From Octopus bimaculoides (taxonomy: Eukaryota), in assembly GCF_001194135.2 (NCBI RefSeq), contig NC_068989.1, positions 33,163,875-33,227,874 of the forward strand: a stretch of DNA of 64,000 nt. The letters run 5' to 3'. The notes below the pieces were generated by a model. The model did not search any database. It worked only from the letters and a program-made list of their open reading frames with translations, and had not been told where the DNA came from. Shown piece after piece: positions 1-14,016 of this stretch; the first letter of the stretch is position 1; each line of letters begins with the position of its first letter. The translations under genes and the position numbers were made by a program.

Positions 1-72
1 TTTATCATGAGCTTCTTCCACAAAATCAGACATTGGATTTAGACAATTATTGTTTCCAATTAGATTAATTAA

Positions 73-281
73 CTCTTTAACATTAAGATTTACTGTCAGA
101 TGTAATGCATATTTATTGACATTGTTTTGAATTCATCATGCATTATCTTATAGCTTCAAGATTTTTATGATGTGGTTGTTTATTTTTAGAATGACATTGC
201 AGAGTAGGTATGAGAAGCCAGATCTGGCCAGTTTGAACATAAAGCTGGTAGAATATTTGGGCTGGTTTAAATTCTAAAGGG
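73..281. mobile_element. piggyBac-type MITE with TTAA target duplication
   Basis: TTAA|CTCTTTAACATT ... AATTCTAAAGGG|TTAA; a related copy starts at 18379. Confidence 0.7.
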
Positions 282-289
282 TTAAAGAA

Positions 290-678
290 GGTAATCGATG
301 AAAAACGTCCAGAATTGAAGACTTCATGTTTCTTAGCAGACCTAGCAAAAATTGGTACAGCTTGGTTGGGACATCCTACCGCACCCACCCTACTCACCTG
401 ACCTTTCACATTTGGATTACCATTTATATCAATCCCTACAAATGTCTTTTAACAGGAAGAACTTCAATTCTTTGAAAGATTGTAAAGATCACGTAGATCA
501 GTTCATGATCCAGAAAGATGCCAAGTACTGGGAGGATGGAATTGTGAAGCTGCCTCAAAGATGGTGAAAGGTAGTGGAACAAAATGGGATATATGTCTGA
601 ATAAAGATACATATAAATATCTAAATATTGTTTTTGAATTGTACTTAAAAAACAGTATGAACTTATAGTCCAACTCAA
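290..678 (+). mobile_element. mariner transposase 3' fragment with right TIR
   Basis: ORF 352-567 GWDILPHPPYSPDLSHLDYHL (YSPDL motif); ends in a TIR-like acttatagtccaactcaa followed by TA. Confidence 0.85.
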
Positions 679-689
679 TAGATATATAC

Positions 690-1400
690 CGCTCTCACTA
701 AGCCCACCTTACTGTCTATCACTTTATATCTCTTCTCCAGGACTACCATCTCCTCATCATCCATAGCACACTCTCTCAAGTTACCTATAATACCACCCAA
801 CACCTTTCTTTACCTTTATTTCACTACCCACCCTTAAACCTCTAGAATATCTTCTAGCCTTTCTTTCCCTTACTCTTACTACACTCACCAAGTTTCTTTT
901 CCCCTCCACTCTCTCTCCTTTCTTTCTATTTACAATGTCCTTGCAGTATTCACATATTGCACTTCTTCATACTTCTCATGGTTCTCTGCAATATAATACT
1001 TTACATCCTTTTCTCTCTGCCTCTTTTGCTCTCACAGCCCTCTCACTTACAGGTTCTCTGCCTCCTCAACACCACATCTTTTCCATCGATTCCCTCTCTG
1101 ACATACCCACACAACTCCAACACTTCTTTTTCCTTCAATGACTCACTTAGAATTCCCCTCTATCCTAATCAACTGCTCCCCTTTCCCTCATGGATTCCTG
1201 CCTTTTACCATGTTGGACAGCCCTGGACCCCACCTTATCTTTTTAACTCTATCCCTCTTTTTCACAACTGTCATTAATTCCCTCCCTTTCCCCTGTTCTC
1301 TACCTTCTTTCAACCCCCACCTTACCATTCTCTCATCCCTCCACCTAGGATCATTGTCCATGCTCTCTCTCTCTTCTGTTCCCCCTCTAGCATAGCCTTG
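690..1400 (+). mobile_element. Highly decayed CR1/L2-group LINE fragment (tentative)
   Basis: C/T-rich stretch with a weak SPGP..L..LF-like remnant near 1140-1300; composition resembles the CR1 relic at 26650. Confidence 0.3.
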
Positions 1401-1649
1401 TAAGTTACAAGGTGGTTATCATTGGTACTGGTACCATGAAATAAACCGCTTGGTACACTCAGAATTCTGGTTGGCATTAAAAAGGTCATCAAGTCATAGA
1501 AACAATGCCAAAGCAGACCTTGATGCATGATGCAGTTCTCCAAATCATCAATCACTCTCAAACTATCCAACCCATGCCAACATAGAAGCTGGATATTAAA
1601 TGATGATGAGGACAATGATGATGGATGATGTAAGTCTCTTTATCTATTT

Positions 1650-3500
1650 GTGAGTATTGCCATTGATGTGCACCCAATATTTCTAATGTTTGGGCCAATG
1701 ATCATTCAACTCTACTGCTCCAACACTAACTCGTATTATGCAATATCTGACTTTCAAAACAAAAGCTATCACCTCATTCATATTTTTCAGAGTTGGTTTT
1801 GTTTTTAATAGCTTTGATAGTCTTCTTTGATAATCTTTTCAATGAGGTAGGCATAAAAGAAATTATGTCATTCATTTGTATTTTTAAAGACTATAAATAA
1901 TCTTTGTGATTCTTTTGTTAAATTAATTAGTAAAAATACACTTTTAAAATCTATGTTGAATGGAATAACTCATCGTATCTGAGTATTAAGTAGCAATTAT
2001 CTCCAATATGAGTGCTTAAGGTAACTTTAAAACTTTGCCATTTGCTTTCCAAATAACAACTGGCACAATGCAGTCCCTGTAATTGGTTCCTATGTACATA
2101 CAGTAGTATTTCACTTACCAATTCTTCTTTTACCATTTAGCTTTTGAAAACAGTTATAGTCTGGCATTCCAATAAATTGGTATCATATATGGATATAGTT
2201 GAATTCTGGCTTGCATGTTTGTGTGAAATCCAGGTGAAATTACTTCTAGATACTTAGCACATAAATTGCTGATTTTATTTCTAATTCATTTTGAAATGGT
2301 GAATCTCGAAGCAGATAAAGCTCTCAATAATATTTAAATATTGAGTTAAAACCACTTTTTGGATAGAAAAAGTTGAAGGCTGCTCATGGGACACAAATCT
2401 ACATTTGTAAACCTGACTGGCATTCTACCATTCAAATCAGCTGATTTTCAACATTATTAACAATCCAAGCAATAGTAAGCATAAATAATAGTGACATTAA
2501 ATGTTTTTAACCAATTCATTTCAAATAAATCTAAACTTATCTCAGAAACAATTACAATGGCCTCTAAATTTGTGAGTGCTTATTTCCAATTTTAAGCCTA
2601 AATAAGCATTTTTATTAAACAGGTTCTAATGTTGGAGATCAGAGCAGTTTGTATGCATTTACATTAATTAAGGTTCCAGCAAGCATGAGGCTCTAATTTG
2701 ATTTTAATAAATTCATCATTGATTATCAATTTCTTCTTGGTATAAATTTTACGATACAGAATTACCTTCAATTTTTTTCCGCAACTGTCATTTTTATAAT
2801 TTGTTCAATATTTTTATCAGATTTGAAATTATTATAGTTTCAATTTGATACCATGCATACATTCACTATATTTTATGATTATATGGACAAGCTTTCCTTT
2901 TCTGACAAATATTCTAAACAGCTTTTCCATCAGTAGATTGATTTTATTTTTATTATTTTTGTTTCAATTATGATGAGTAGCTTTGAATTCTTTTATATAA
3001 TTCATGACATTGTAAAAATACAGTTAATGTCTTGGTTGCTAATGCTTGAATTATATATTTGGTGACTTTTAATATATCATTGAGTTATGGATTCTTGTTA
3101 TATAGACGAGATCAGTGAATTTGTTTGTGTAACAGTTCCATCACGTATCAGCCAGGCAACAATATTCAAAAAATTTATCTTTAAATTCACAATCATGTAT
3201 CAATAGTCTCATTTTACAAATGCAATCTTGATATAAATGACCTATATTCATTACACATTAGTAAAATATATCAAAAGCAATCAGAATATTCAAGACCTTT
3301 TGGTACTTTTTAAAAATGTTCTGTCAACTTTTCCGTAATTACTTTATACAAAACTTTACCTCTTTCTTCAAGACTAAATATCTGGGTTATTAAGTCATCT
3401 GTTTGATATCCAATTCACAATCATGAATATGATTTGTATTTATCATCATCTACAACATTGTATGCACATTAAGATGGTCAAGATAATTTTCCCAGGTATC
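1650..3500 (-). mobile_element. Decayed hAT-like DNA transposase relic (tentative)
   Basis: Broken minus-strand motifs: TS*CWSSRVE (TRWxSR-like, about 1700-1740) and LHCASCYL (C-x-x-H-x-L-like, about 2040-2075); many stops. Confidence 0.4.
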
Positions 3501-4249
3501 ATGCTTACAGTTTTTTTTTTTTTTTTTTAAAGAGCACTAGTGGCAAATTTTTTTTTAGCTAGTCAGCAATGGTTTTCAGAAATAAAGAAAACATATTTGC
3601 CAGTCTTTGTTGTTGTTGTTTCTGCATATACTCTATTTGTGTGTTATTAATTTGTAATTGTTCTTTCATTTGATAGAATATTGAAAAAGTTTGTGGATCA
3701 TGGCATTTTAATAAATTGCAACGAGGCAAACTTTTGCTTTGATTTGAATAGAATTATTGTAAATTTGACAAAATTGTAACTATTTATGATAAAAATTATG
3801 ATAATTATATGAATAATGGTGAGAAGTTGATAGAAAAAACACACAAACAAATAATAATAAGGATGAAATTAACTATGAATAATTTTCAAATATAGAAATT
3901 CAGATCCTACTGTGGGAGGCAACCCCACTTCTGACAATAATATTGTTGTAACAAGAACAAGAAATTCTATAGTAACACTTATGTGGTCAGCTGGTATAGC
4001 ATTGTTGTGGTCAGGTTTTTCTGAATCGAGTTCTTATAGAAACTAGTAATTCTGTCCAGAAATCTATGCCCCCACGCCAGACAAAGAGGAACAGAATTGC
4101 AACAAATTAAAACTTTTATTTATTCAACTGAGGGTGTTTAACAGAGTTCGGTATTACATATATGCAGGCAAATGTATATGAAACACACAACAAAAATAAA
4201 CATGAAATATGTGCTAAAAGTGAATGATCAATGAAACAAGAGGTGTTGT

Positions 4250-4692
4250 ATGGAATACAACAGAAGTATTACCAAGAAATCAACAAATTGCATCAAAAAC
4301 TGTAATGTTTGCATCCAGCATTGGTTAATCGAAGAAGACCAATTCTTTTCCATGATAATGCCCAACTACATACCTGGCAAAGGACCTTGAAAATAATCGA
4401 ATGAACTGCACTATGAAACTCTACTTCACTCAGCTTACTTTTCAGTCCTTTCTTCAACTGACTATCATTTTTTCAAATACTTCAATAACTTCCTTCAACA
4501 ACTAAGCAGCAGCAAAGCAGTTAGGATTCATCAGTTCCACGACTCCAGAATTCTATGATACCAGAATCAAAAGATTTGTTGCTTATTGACAAAAATGTGT
4601 ATATTCTATTAATAAAACGTTTTTTTTATCTGAAATATACTGCTTTAAAGTTGATGGGTGAAAACCACAATTATTTTTGCACCTGTATTAAT
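4250..4692 (+). mobile_element. mariner transposase 3' fragment
   Basis: Frameshifted YYQEINKLHQKL..HPALVNRRRPILFHDNA; ends aattatttttgcacc..ata, a mariner TIR-like end. Confidence 0.8.
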
Positions 4693-6164
4693 ATTCCAAA
4701 TAAAAAGAGCATGTGTGGCTCTCATTACACTGAGACCGGATAGCAACCAACTATGCTGAAATCAATATACTTTGGTTGTTAGACTCATTTACACTCTATA
4801 GGGGTTAACCTTTAAATTGCTTTACAGCAAGGCTAGAAATATAATTTTATATAAAATATATTTATTTCAAAAGGTGTGTTATGTAATTTTCCTTGCATTC
4901 TATTTATCACTTCCATCTATAACATAAGGTGATTTATTCTGGCAAAATTGAAGTCTGAGTGAAAGAATATGCAGTTTTTAACTATCCTGAAGCTAAATTA
5001 GACCTAAGTCAAAGTCACAACATTTCAACTGTGATATCTATATGATTTTGGAAGAAATGGGGAAATTCCATAGCATTTTTCAAAACAAGGTAAGAAATGT
5101 ATTTTTGTGTAGAATTTATTACTGAAAATGTTAAGTTATTAATATTGTCAGTCTAACAATTATTGTCACCACCACTGCCATCATTGACATCATCATTATC
5201 ATTATACATCAACCTCATTTAACATCCTTTTTCTTTTTTCATACTAGCATGGGTTCATGTGCAAAGGATCTTGTTAATTGTCTCACCATTTAATATGATT
5301 CTTTGCACATACAGTACAGAGAAAAAACCCACCAATCTTTTATTATGAATTGTATTTTTGTGATTTTGGCATCGTTTTTACAACTATATATCCTTCTTTT
5401 CACCAATCATCTTATAACAATGACTGTGTGCTTTTTACTGAGGAACTAGCACAAGTTGTTTGCAACAGAGATAAAGTTCTCTCTAACATATATCAATTTG
5501 TATCCAGAATTGTTGTTCTCCTTAATGAAGGATCTTTGCTGCTATTAACAATGCCCACACCTCCTCTACATAATAAAAGCAAAACCTTTTTCAGATACTA
5601 TTGAGTGTGTTTACAGAGCCCAATTACCAAGATGGGTTGACTTCATTACAGTTAAGAAACCTCATTTCTCCATTATGTTAAGTTGGAAATCAAATCTGCA
5701 GTGAATGAAGGTTATGTTGAGATGAAGTTAGCTAACAAGAGGAAAAGGTCTTATACAACTATGCTTTCTAGACGTGCCATCTTCACTATGGTTGAGAAAC
5801 CATGATAGAGGGTAAATTCTTTAATTACAAAGGGAGCCCTGATAATACTATAAATCAGCCAAGCAAAAAATTCTTGCTATTATATGGGTAGGGGAAGGCT
5901 TACAGAGTTAGTCTGGGGCAACTGTAAAGTAAATGCTTAATGAGCAAGTCTAATAAAACTAAAATGGGTCTGTTGTTTTGACTGGTTGGCATTAAAGACA
6001 AATCCACCCAATTTCTATCTCTTTTATTGCCCCAAAATTTAGGTAATTTGAAAGGTAATGTTATGTAGGGTATAATCAGATCAACCCCCTATTTTATGCC
6101 CATAGAAAGATAAACCATAGAGAAATACTTGTCATGTTGAGGCTAGAATTAGATTTCAAACTTG

Positions 6165-6201
<37 letters not shown>

Positions 6202-7555
6202 GTACACAGAAGGCTCCCCTGAGTATTTTCTTTTAGTTATATTATTAACAGGAGCAGCAGGAATAAGGCTGCCTCTATGACAGAGATCACAATTAATAAC
6301 AATTGTGCTTGATTGTCAAGATAGGTAACAAGTGTGCTATGGTGGTTTATACCAGCCAAAGAGCTTTGACATATATTTCAGTCACTGTCAAGAATGTTTA
6401 AACGTGTATACATATAATTTCCAGCAATTATTTACAGATAGAAAATAAACTTCAAATGAGCTGTGTCTACAACCCAATAGTAACTATTTTAATTACAAGA
6501 GAATGCAATGGAGAGAGATACAAATGTTATAAACCCCATTTCAGTGCATAAAAATCTTAAGCTTCGTGTCTACTTGAGAAAAACAATGGAAAACTATAAA
6601 AATCCATACACCTGAAAACCTACACCAGAGTTTGTTTTTTGTTTTTTTTTTAATCAATAAATCAGAGGGGAAAGAACAGTACACAGAATATTTGCAAATC
6701 CTCCAAGATGAGTGGAAGGAAAGGAAAGATATTACACATAGGTTCCTGCAATAGCAAGAAGTACATTAAACTACTAAGTTATTTATCCTAAGATGTGATT
6801 CAAATGCTTGCAATAGATTGGACTCCGATGTGATTCAAATGCTTGTAATAGATTGGACTCTATAAAAAGGAACCTAAGAGTCAGATGGTGGTATTAAGCC
6901 AGTGGGAAAGACTTCTTCTACCACTAAAGAACAGGTACAGTCTGCAGGACTTCACACAAGATCATTCAAAGGAAAAGAATCTTATGACTGAAAAGCATAG
7001 ACTCAGGCATGGCTGTATAGTTTAGATGTCTACTTTGCTTTGGAACCATATAGGTCCAAGTTTCATTTCTCTGTATAGTACATTGGACAAGTATCTTCTG
7101 CTATAGTCTCAAGTTGACCAATGCTTTGTAAGTGGAATTTGGTAGATAGAAAATGTACAGAAAGAAGTTTGTTGCATGTATGTGAATATATATATGTATA
7201 TATCATTGGGGTTTTTTATGTGTTTTACCATGTTGCATGGGTTAGATGAGACTTACTGAGGTATGCCAGATGCCTATCTTATCACCAACAGTTACCTTTT
7301 TTTCATGTAAAATACTTTTATACCACTGCTCTTCACATATTGAAATCCCTGTACTACAGGATATACTGTTTACAGATGTAGACATGACATTGCTATTGCC
7401 CGTCTTTATGTGTCATGCAATGACACACAAAGGTGGGCTTCTGCATAGTTTCCATCTACCACATCATCATCATTTTATGTCCACTTGCCCATATTGGCAT
7501 GGACTGAATGGTCTGTCCATATGTACATATACATAGGTTATGTGTAATGTGTAAA

Positions 7556-9114
7556 TCTTACTATATAAAATACATTGTCTGTGTGTGTGTGTATCCTTTA
7601 TGTATGGCCAAACCTCTGGATCAATCTGTGCCGTACTTGGGGTACATGAATAATTTGACCTGAGAAATAATAATATGGTCTTGATTTATTTTTTTAATTA
7701 AAAACAAATAATATTGCTTTATATATATAATAAAAATTCACTTCTTCAAACCATTTTGTCAATGTCAACTTCCTGTGTCTGGTGTTCTGACGTAACTAAG
7801 TAACCAGCTATTTACATACAGACGTATGTATACATCATTACAGTTGTGACAGTTTCTGATAAAAAAGAATTTCTAAAGGTACTGTCATTTTTTTATATTC
7901 TTCTCCAGCTTTCTATTTTTGTATCTGTACATACAGGTTCATTTCTGTAAAAATTTTCCCATGTTAACAGGTCTGCTTCATATATAAGATATATATTTAT
8001 GTGTGTGTAAATACATTCTCCATAGAGACAGACGCATCTTTCTCATATGTCAACAGGTCTGTTAAGATATATATTAATGTGTGTGTGTGAAAATACATTC
8101 AATACGGAGATACACACCTTTTTTTTCAAATGTCAACAGGTCCGTTTCACATACATGGTATATATTATTGTGTGTGTGTGTGTGTGTGTGTGTATGCCAC
8201 CTCACCACTTAACACTTAAAAAAAGGGCCCCAATCATGCTGCTCAGGAATCTGGATCCACCTTGTCTGTGCAATGGCACCAGACTGGTGGTGAAAACAAT
8301 GCGACCCCATGTCCTAGAGGTAACAATTATGACTGGGAACTATACGGGTGAGGATGTCTTCATTCCACAAATCCTGTTAATCCCATATGACCTCCCCTTT
8401 AAATTTAAACAATTCCAGATCCCAGTTTTGTTATGTCAATAAAGAAATCTCAAGGACAGTCTCTCAAGGTTGTTGGACTTCTCCTTGCTTCTCTCATGGG
8501 CAATGATATGTAGGATGTTCACAAGTCCCCAAAACCTTTTCATTTATTCACCAATTAAAGGACACACTCAAATCATTGTATATTTAGAAGCTCTACATAA
8601 TTAAACTGTGATTGATTTCCGGATTTGTTTCAATACATTTGTTTATACTCACAGCATCTGGTAGAATTTTTGTTAAATGTATTTATTAATAGGAGAGGAG
8701 CACCAGGAAGGCAGTTCTTCCCAAATTTATGCATTTTCAGGTTCAACATGTTTCAAATAAGTACTGACAATTGAAGGTGATTGCAAAGACAAAGAACTAC
8801 GTGCTTTTTTAGCAATTTTAACAGTGTGAACATCGGATAAAACATGTTATTGACACATACAGTTAGTACCTCAGTTAATAACTGTTGAGAACTGCATAAT
8901 CCATGTTTCATTTTACTTAGAGATTTAAAAGGTATACTTAAATTTCATTATTTACAATAACCTGGGAAACACCGGGTTATTAACTTATAAAGTTGGTATC
9001 TCAGTTACTAGGAGGTGAGACCTGCATAGTCTATGTTTCATGTTAGAGATCTAAAAGACATTTTTAAATTTCATTATTTTCTTTAACCTGAGTAATGCGA
9101 GGTATTTCTGCTAG
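7556..9114 (+). mobile_element. Non-autonomous Helitron carrying a PIF1-helicase remnant
   Basis: A|TCTTACTATATAAAA start; [26 protein letters not shown] helicase segment (about 8190-8600); degenerate hairpin then CTAG|T end at 9111-9114; internal tandem repeats of about 85 bp (7960-8160). Confidence 0.85.
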
Positions 9115-9215
9115 TATTACATACACATAGATAGGGTATGTTTTAAGCCACTATCTTTTTAATTAGCAACGATTTTAAATAATCAGAATAACGTTGATGA
9201 AAATATCTCCTATCA

Positions 9216-10696
9216 TCTGTATATATATAAAAGAGATGATGTTTGTGTGTATGTGTACGTGAATGTAGTTTATGCACATCCACAAATTAGCACGCATGTT
9301 GCTCCAATTTTAGGTGATGTGTCATGACACTATGTGCATTTTCGCCAAATATTTCTCTCAGAGGCACCCGCGTATAGCTGTAAAAATCGATAGACTTTTA
9401 CCAATTTTGAAGTTTGTTGACATGGCGAAGTCAAATCTGTGCGTACACGTGTGAAGAGAGAGAGAGAGAGACAGAGAGACAGACAGACAGAGAGACAGAC
9501 AGACAGAGAGACAGACAGACAGAGAGACAGAAAGAAAGAAAGAGTGTGTTTGTGACAGGGGGGAGATACAGTGTTTGCTAGCGTCCAAAAAAAATTAAAA
9601 TTAAAAAAGTGGGTAAGGTAGACAGAAATCAAAGCAAATTTTTCTAAGCAAGACAGAGTTTACTTTGCTAGCGTCTAACAAANNNNNNNNNNNNNNNNNN
9701 NNNNNNNNNNNNNNNNNNNNNNNNNNNNNNNNNNNNNNNNNNNNNNNNNNNNNNNNNNNNNNNNNNNNNNNNNNNNNNNNNNNNNNNNNNNNNNNNNNNN
9801 NNNNNNNNNNNNNNNNNNNNNNNNNNNNNNNNNNNNNNNNNNNNNNNNNNNNNNNNNNNNNNNNNNNNNNNNNNNNNNNNNNNNNNNNNNNNNNNNNNNN
9901 NNNNNNNNNNNNNNNNNNNNNNNNNNNNNNNNNNNNNNNNNNNNNNNNNNNNNNNNNNNNNNNNNNNNNNNNNNNNNNNNNNNNNNNNNNNNNNNNNNNN
10001 NNNNNNNNNNNNNNNNNNNNNNNNNNNNNNNNNNNNNNNNNNNNNNNNNNNNNNNNNNNNNNNNNNNNNNNNNNNNNNNNNNNNNNNNNNNNNNNNNNNN
10101 NNNNNNNNNNNNNNNNNNNNNNNNNNNNNNNNNNNNNNNNNNNNNNNNNNNNNNNNNNNNNNNNNNNNNNNNNNNNNNNNNNNNNNNNNNNNNNNNNNNN
10201 NNNNNNNNNNNNNNNNNNNNNNNNNNNNNNNNNNNNNNNNNNNNNNNNNNNNNNNNNNNNNNNNNNNNNNNNNNNNNNNNNNNNNNNNNNNNNNNNNNNN
10301 NNNNNNNNNNNNNNNNNNNNNNNNNNNNNNNNNNNNNNNNNNNNTTAGAGTTAACCTAGAAGGGACAGGCCCCTTATTTTTTGGTTAAGGCTGTTGGTAA
10401 GTTTTCCTAAGTTACTCCAATTCACATCCCCAATGCAAACCTTCAGATCAACCTTTTCCTATGCAGATCTCTAATGCAACTTTAAAAAAAAACAGTCAAT
10501 GAGTGGAAATAATCAATAAACTGATTCCTTATTGGATTTCCCAATTAAATTGCCAGCAAACCATTTTTAGCCAAACCAATTTCAACAGATTTCGCTCAAA
10601 TCTGATGTCCATGTTACTTATTTTGGTTTGAAATAAAGCACTTGATCACTTAATAATCCTAGCTTAATCCCGAGCAGTGCCGGGCTACACTGCTAG
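9216..10696 (+). mobile_element. Non-autonomous Helitron spanning an assembly gap
   Basis: A|TCTGTATATATATAAAAG start; CCCGAGCAGTGCCGGG hairpin (10669-10684) then CTAG|T. Linkage across the N-run is assumed. Confidence 0.65.
9683..10344. other. Assembly gap (N-run); others at 16553-16664, 53203-53263 and 59404-59949
   Basis: Runs of N. Confidence 1.
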
Positions 10697-11940
10697 TCTT
10701 ATATATAATGGGATTTTATATTCATTTAAATTTATATTTGATCCTTTTAGAATGAATATAAAGCAGTCAAATTATGTTATTAAAAGGCTGAAGATGTAAT
10801 GTTAACATTGTGAGCCAGCAAAACTTAACATACTCTATGTAATGATTCATTTACAACAAAAGCTTTTACAAATCTTACAAAGGGGTTTGAAGAAATGTTT
10901 TTTGGTTGACCATTAGTTGAAGAAGAGAGGAAAGAAAATGTTATGAAAACATTGAAAGAAATGCTAAGTTAAAATGTAAACAGCCCTACTAATTCTAGCT
11001 CTGTAAGTAAACCTTGTGACATTCCTGATAGATGTGTACACAGATTATTCCATTCACAGGAATTATGATCATATGAATTTTGGCTTATTTGTTGTTGTTT
11101 TTTTTTTGGGGGGGGGGGGGTTGCAATCAAATTACACATGAAGATAAAGAAAATAGATTCAGAACAATTAAAACTTGCTTTATGATATTTTGGAGTCAAA
11201 TGAATCCTATTTTTCTCTAAATGGGTTAGTTAATCACCATAATTGTATCATCTGATCTGACAATGCTGTTAGTGCCCATTCACCATTTTCATAAAATACT
11301 TTGAAAATTTACAATCTAGTGTCTAAATTTATTTTATATAAGCTCCCTTTACATAGGCTTAAGATAACATATTTTGCCATCTGTTTTGTTTGGTTAAATT
11401 ATTTGTTTATTAAAAAAATATTTGGCATACTCTGTCTTTTACCAATATATATCAGAAGAAAAACAAAAGATAAACAGGATTTTCAAGCTATAATATCTTG
11501 AGGTATTTGTTGCATCCAAGTTGATAACTCATGCCAGTGTGGATGAAGCAAACCAGTAACTGGCCTGTTGGAAACCTTTAACTGAAAAATGTGACATAAA
11601 ATAATGTGGTGCCCAGATTATAATAATAAGACACTAAGACGCTTGCCCTAAGTCCTCACAGTGAGAGATAACTTGGAAGTACATGATGTGCAGTGAATTT
11701 CTAAAACCACACAGCCATTCGTGCACCCAGAGACAGTCCTAAGAAAAAAATTTGATACTTCTGATTAAGAAAGATCACATAATTGACATTTTATTGTACT
11801 CCACATAGCTTATTCACAGTTAGGTGAACTTAGTCACTGAGAATGAGGTGTCTTAAACCATCCCAACAACTCCACTAGCAAAGGCTTTTGTTTTCAAATT
11901 TGATGTGTCAAAGAATAGTTTACAATAAAGTGTTACTTAC

Positions 11941-12065
11941 ATTATCTCCTTTAAGATCCTGCACAGCATTTAATCCTGTCTCTCTGATATAGCTTTCCAC
12001 TTGATCAATCAAATAATTCAAGCCATTGTGGATAGGTTTCAGTAATACATACATGTTTGACAAGT
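11941..12065 (-). CDS. CUL2: Cullin-2 coding exon 9 (125 nt); gene continues beyond this exon
   Basis: (D)LSNMYVLLKPIHNGLNYLIDQVESYIRETGLNAVQDLKGDN; TTTCAG acceptor, GTAAGT donor. The nine exons sum to 999 nt with every phase compatible. Confidence 0.95.
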
Positions 12066-14016
12066 CTGAAATAAATACAATATGTGTTCAAAACATTTGA
12101 AATTATGTAACAGACAAATGATTTTATAAAGTTTTTTTTATTTTGTAATGCAAAAGCATTTTGATTGTTGTTTTTAAAACTTTATCATTATTTAGTCCAA
12201 GTTCCAAATAGAAAGTTCTAGGCAATGTTCTATGTGGTATTTGATTGGTGAGATACAGTAGAGATGACAAGACAAGAAGCAATGGGTTTGGAAATATTGG
12301 CATACTGAATTCTAATTTAGAGGAGCAAAAGCTATTGCATTAAGAAAAAGACTGAAAGGGAAAATAATAAATATTTTAGACTAATGGTTGTAATTTGTTG
12401 GGATGTGAATTTTTGCAATTATCCAGACAGTGTTTTTTTTTAATGCATAATAGTATGGTGGTGATGATAGCAGTCAATCATCCAACCAAACTAAAGAAAC
12501 TGTTTCCATTAATTTTTCAAATTGCTTATACAATCTGCCAATGACAACTCCTGACAGAAGTATCACCATTTTCCAAGGATAGGGTTAGATGTGAACAAAG
12601 AATGCAGATATGTATATATATATAGAAATAGCAGTAATACCAGTCGTTGAGGGGTAATTAATTTTATTCTTTCTCAGGAGCCACATTCAAAGTATTATTA
12701 TATATATAATTTACTCCTCCTCTATGTGTGTATTTTATAAGAGAAAAACATGTAATAATTGAAGTAGAAAAAAGATCAGTCTCATACACAAACTTTTGTT
12801 TGTTTATTATATGACTCTAAGTGAGTTGTGTGTTATTTTATTTATCAATACATTAATGGCAATTATATAATACACTTCACTTAAAAAGGTGATTTACTCA
12901 TTCTTGAATGTAATGATAGTAATGGCAAATTAAGTTATTGAAGTATTCATGTTGCATTAAGAGTGAATATTTCTTTATAAACAATGTTTTCTCTTTTATT
13001 TCAGGGTGCATAAGCAAAAAGACTTGCTTTTTGCTCCCACACATGATGCTCCTACATAAAGTTGGCCATGTGAAAAGCATGGTTCTTCAAGTTGCAATCC
13101 AACAACTTTTAGTGTTTGGCCCTGACTTTTATTAATATTCATGGCAAAAGCAACTCGGATAGGAAACTGTAACCACTTAAAGTGGAATGGGACATTAGAT
13201 GGTATAACTGGTATGTGAGGAATGAAGACAGTCTTACCTTTGCCACAACCAGTGAGAATATTTGCCTCAATGCAGTTCCTCATAAATTTGTGCACAATCA
13301 GTCTTGGACCACTGCGTAATTTTGGTTGAGACAAATTATGCAATAGCATAATAGGAGTCCCTTTCTTCAGCTGAAGACAATGAGGAACTGTACCTGGTGG
13401 TTCTAGTGATTTCAAAAATTTGATGGGGTAGTTAACACTATCCTGATCAATAACAAAACTGTCAATTGAGTTATAAGTAAATACTTCTCCTGGAAGTTTA
13501 TTCAATAGCATATTATTAATGCTATTTACAGCAACATTTTTTGGAGCCAGGATAGGGCACTCACAGATCCAATCTGTATTGTTGTAATTATGAAGAAGAT
13601 TTGGAAAGATTTCAGCCACTAAATCATCAACAGAATCAGCTGAACTACATGTTGGACCGAGTGTAAGAAACTGTTCTTCCTCAATTGCAACTCTCTCTTC
13701 ACCAAGTTTCAAAAGCTGCTCTGCAAATAGTTCAGCTGATTGATCTCTTGAAAGCCTCAATTTCATATTTGTCAAAAGTTGAAGTGTTTTCATGTGGTGC
13801 CATAATACAGAAGACTTTATTGAAGCACTGAGCTCATCTACTTTTGTTCCTATTGGAACAACTGGTAGTGTTTGTTGAAAGTCTCCTGACAATAATACTG
13901 TGACATTTCCCATTATGGAATTATGATTTCTAATGTCTTGTAATATTCTGTCCACAGCTTCAAAAGCTTTTTTTGTGGGCCATGATACATTCATCCTAGA
14001 CAATTAGGTAGCATTA

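Noticed and set aside
2119-2210. Possible CUL2 exon ending at a GTAAGT donor (2118)
   Set aside because: All three minus-strand frames contain stops and none resembles cullin; it lies in the putative hAT relic.
6792-6860. 35-bp tandem duplication
   Set aside because: Only two units and no associated structure; an ordinary local duplication.
9330-10348. ORFs of 76-227 aa
   Set aside because: They translate (GA/GACA)n microsatellite or N-gap sequence.
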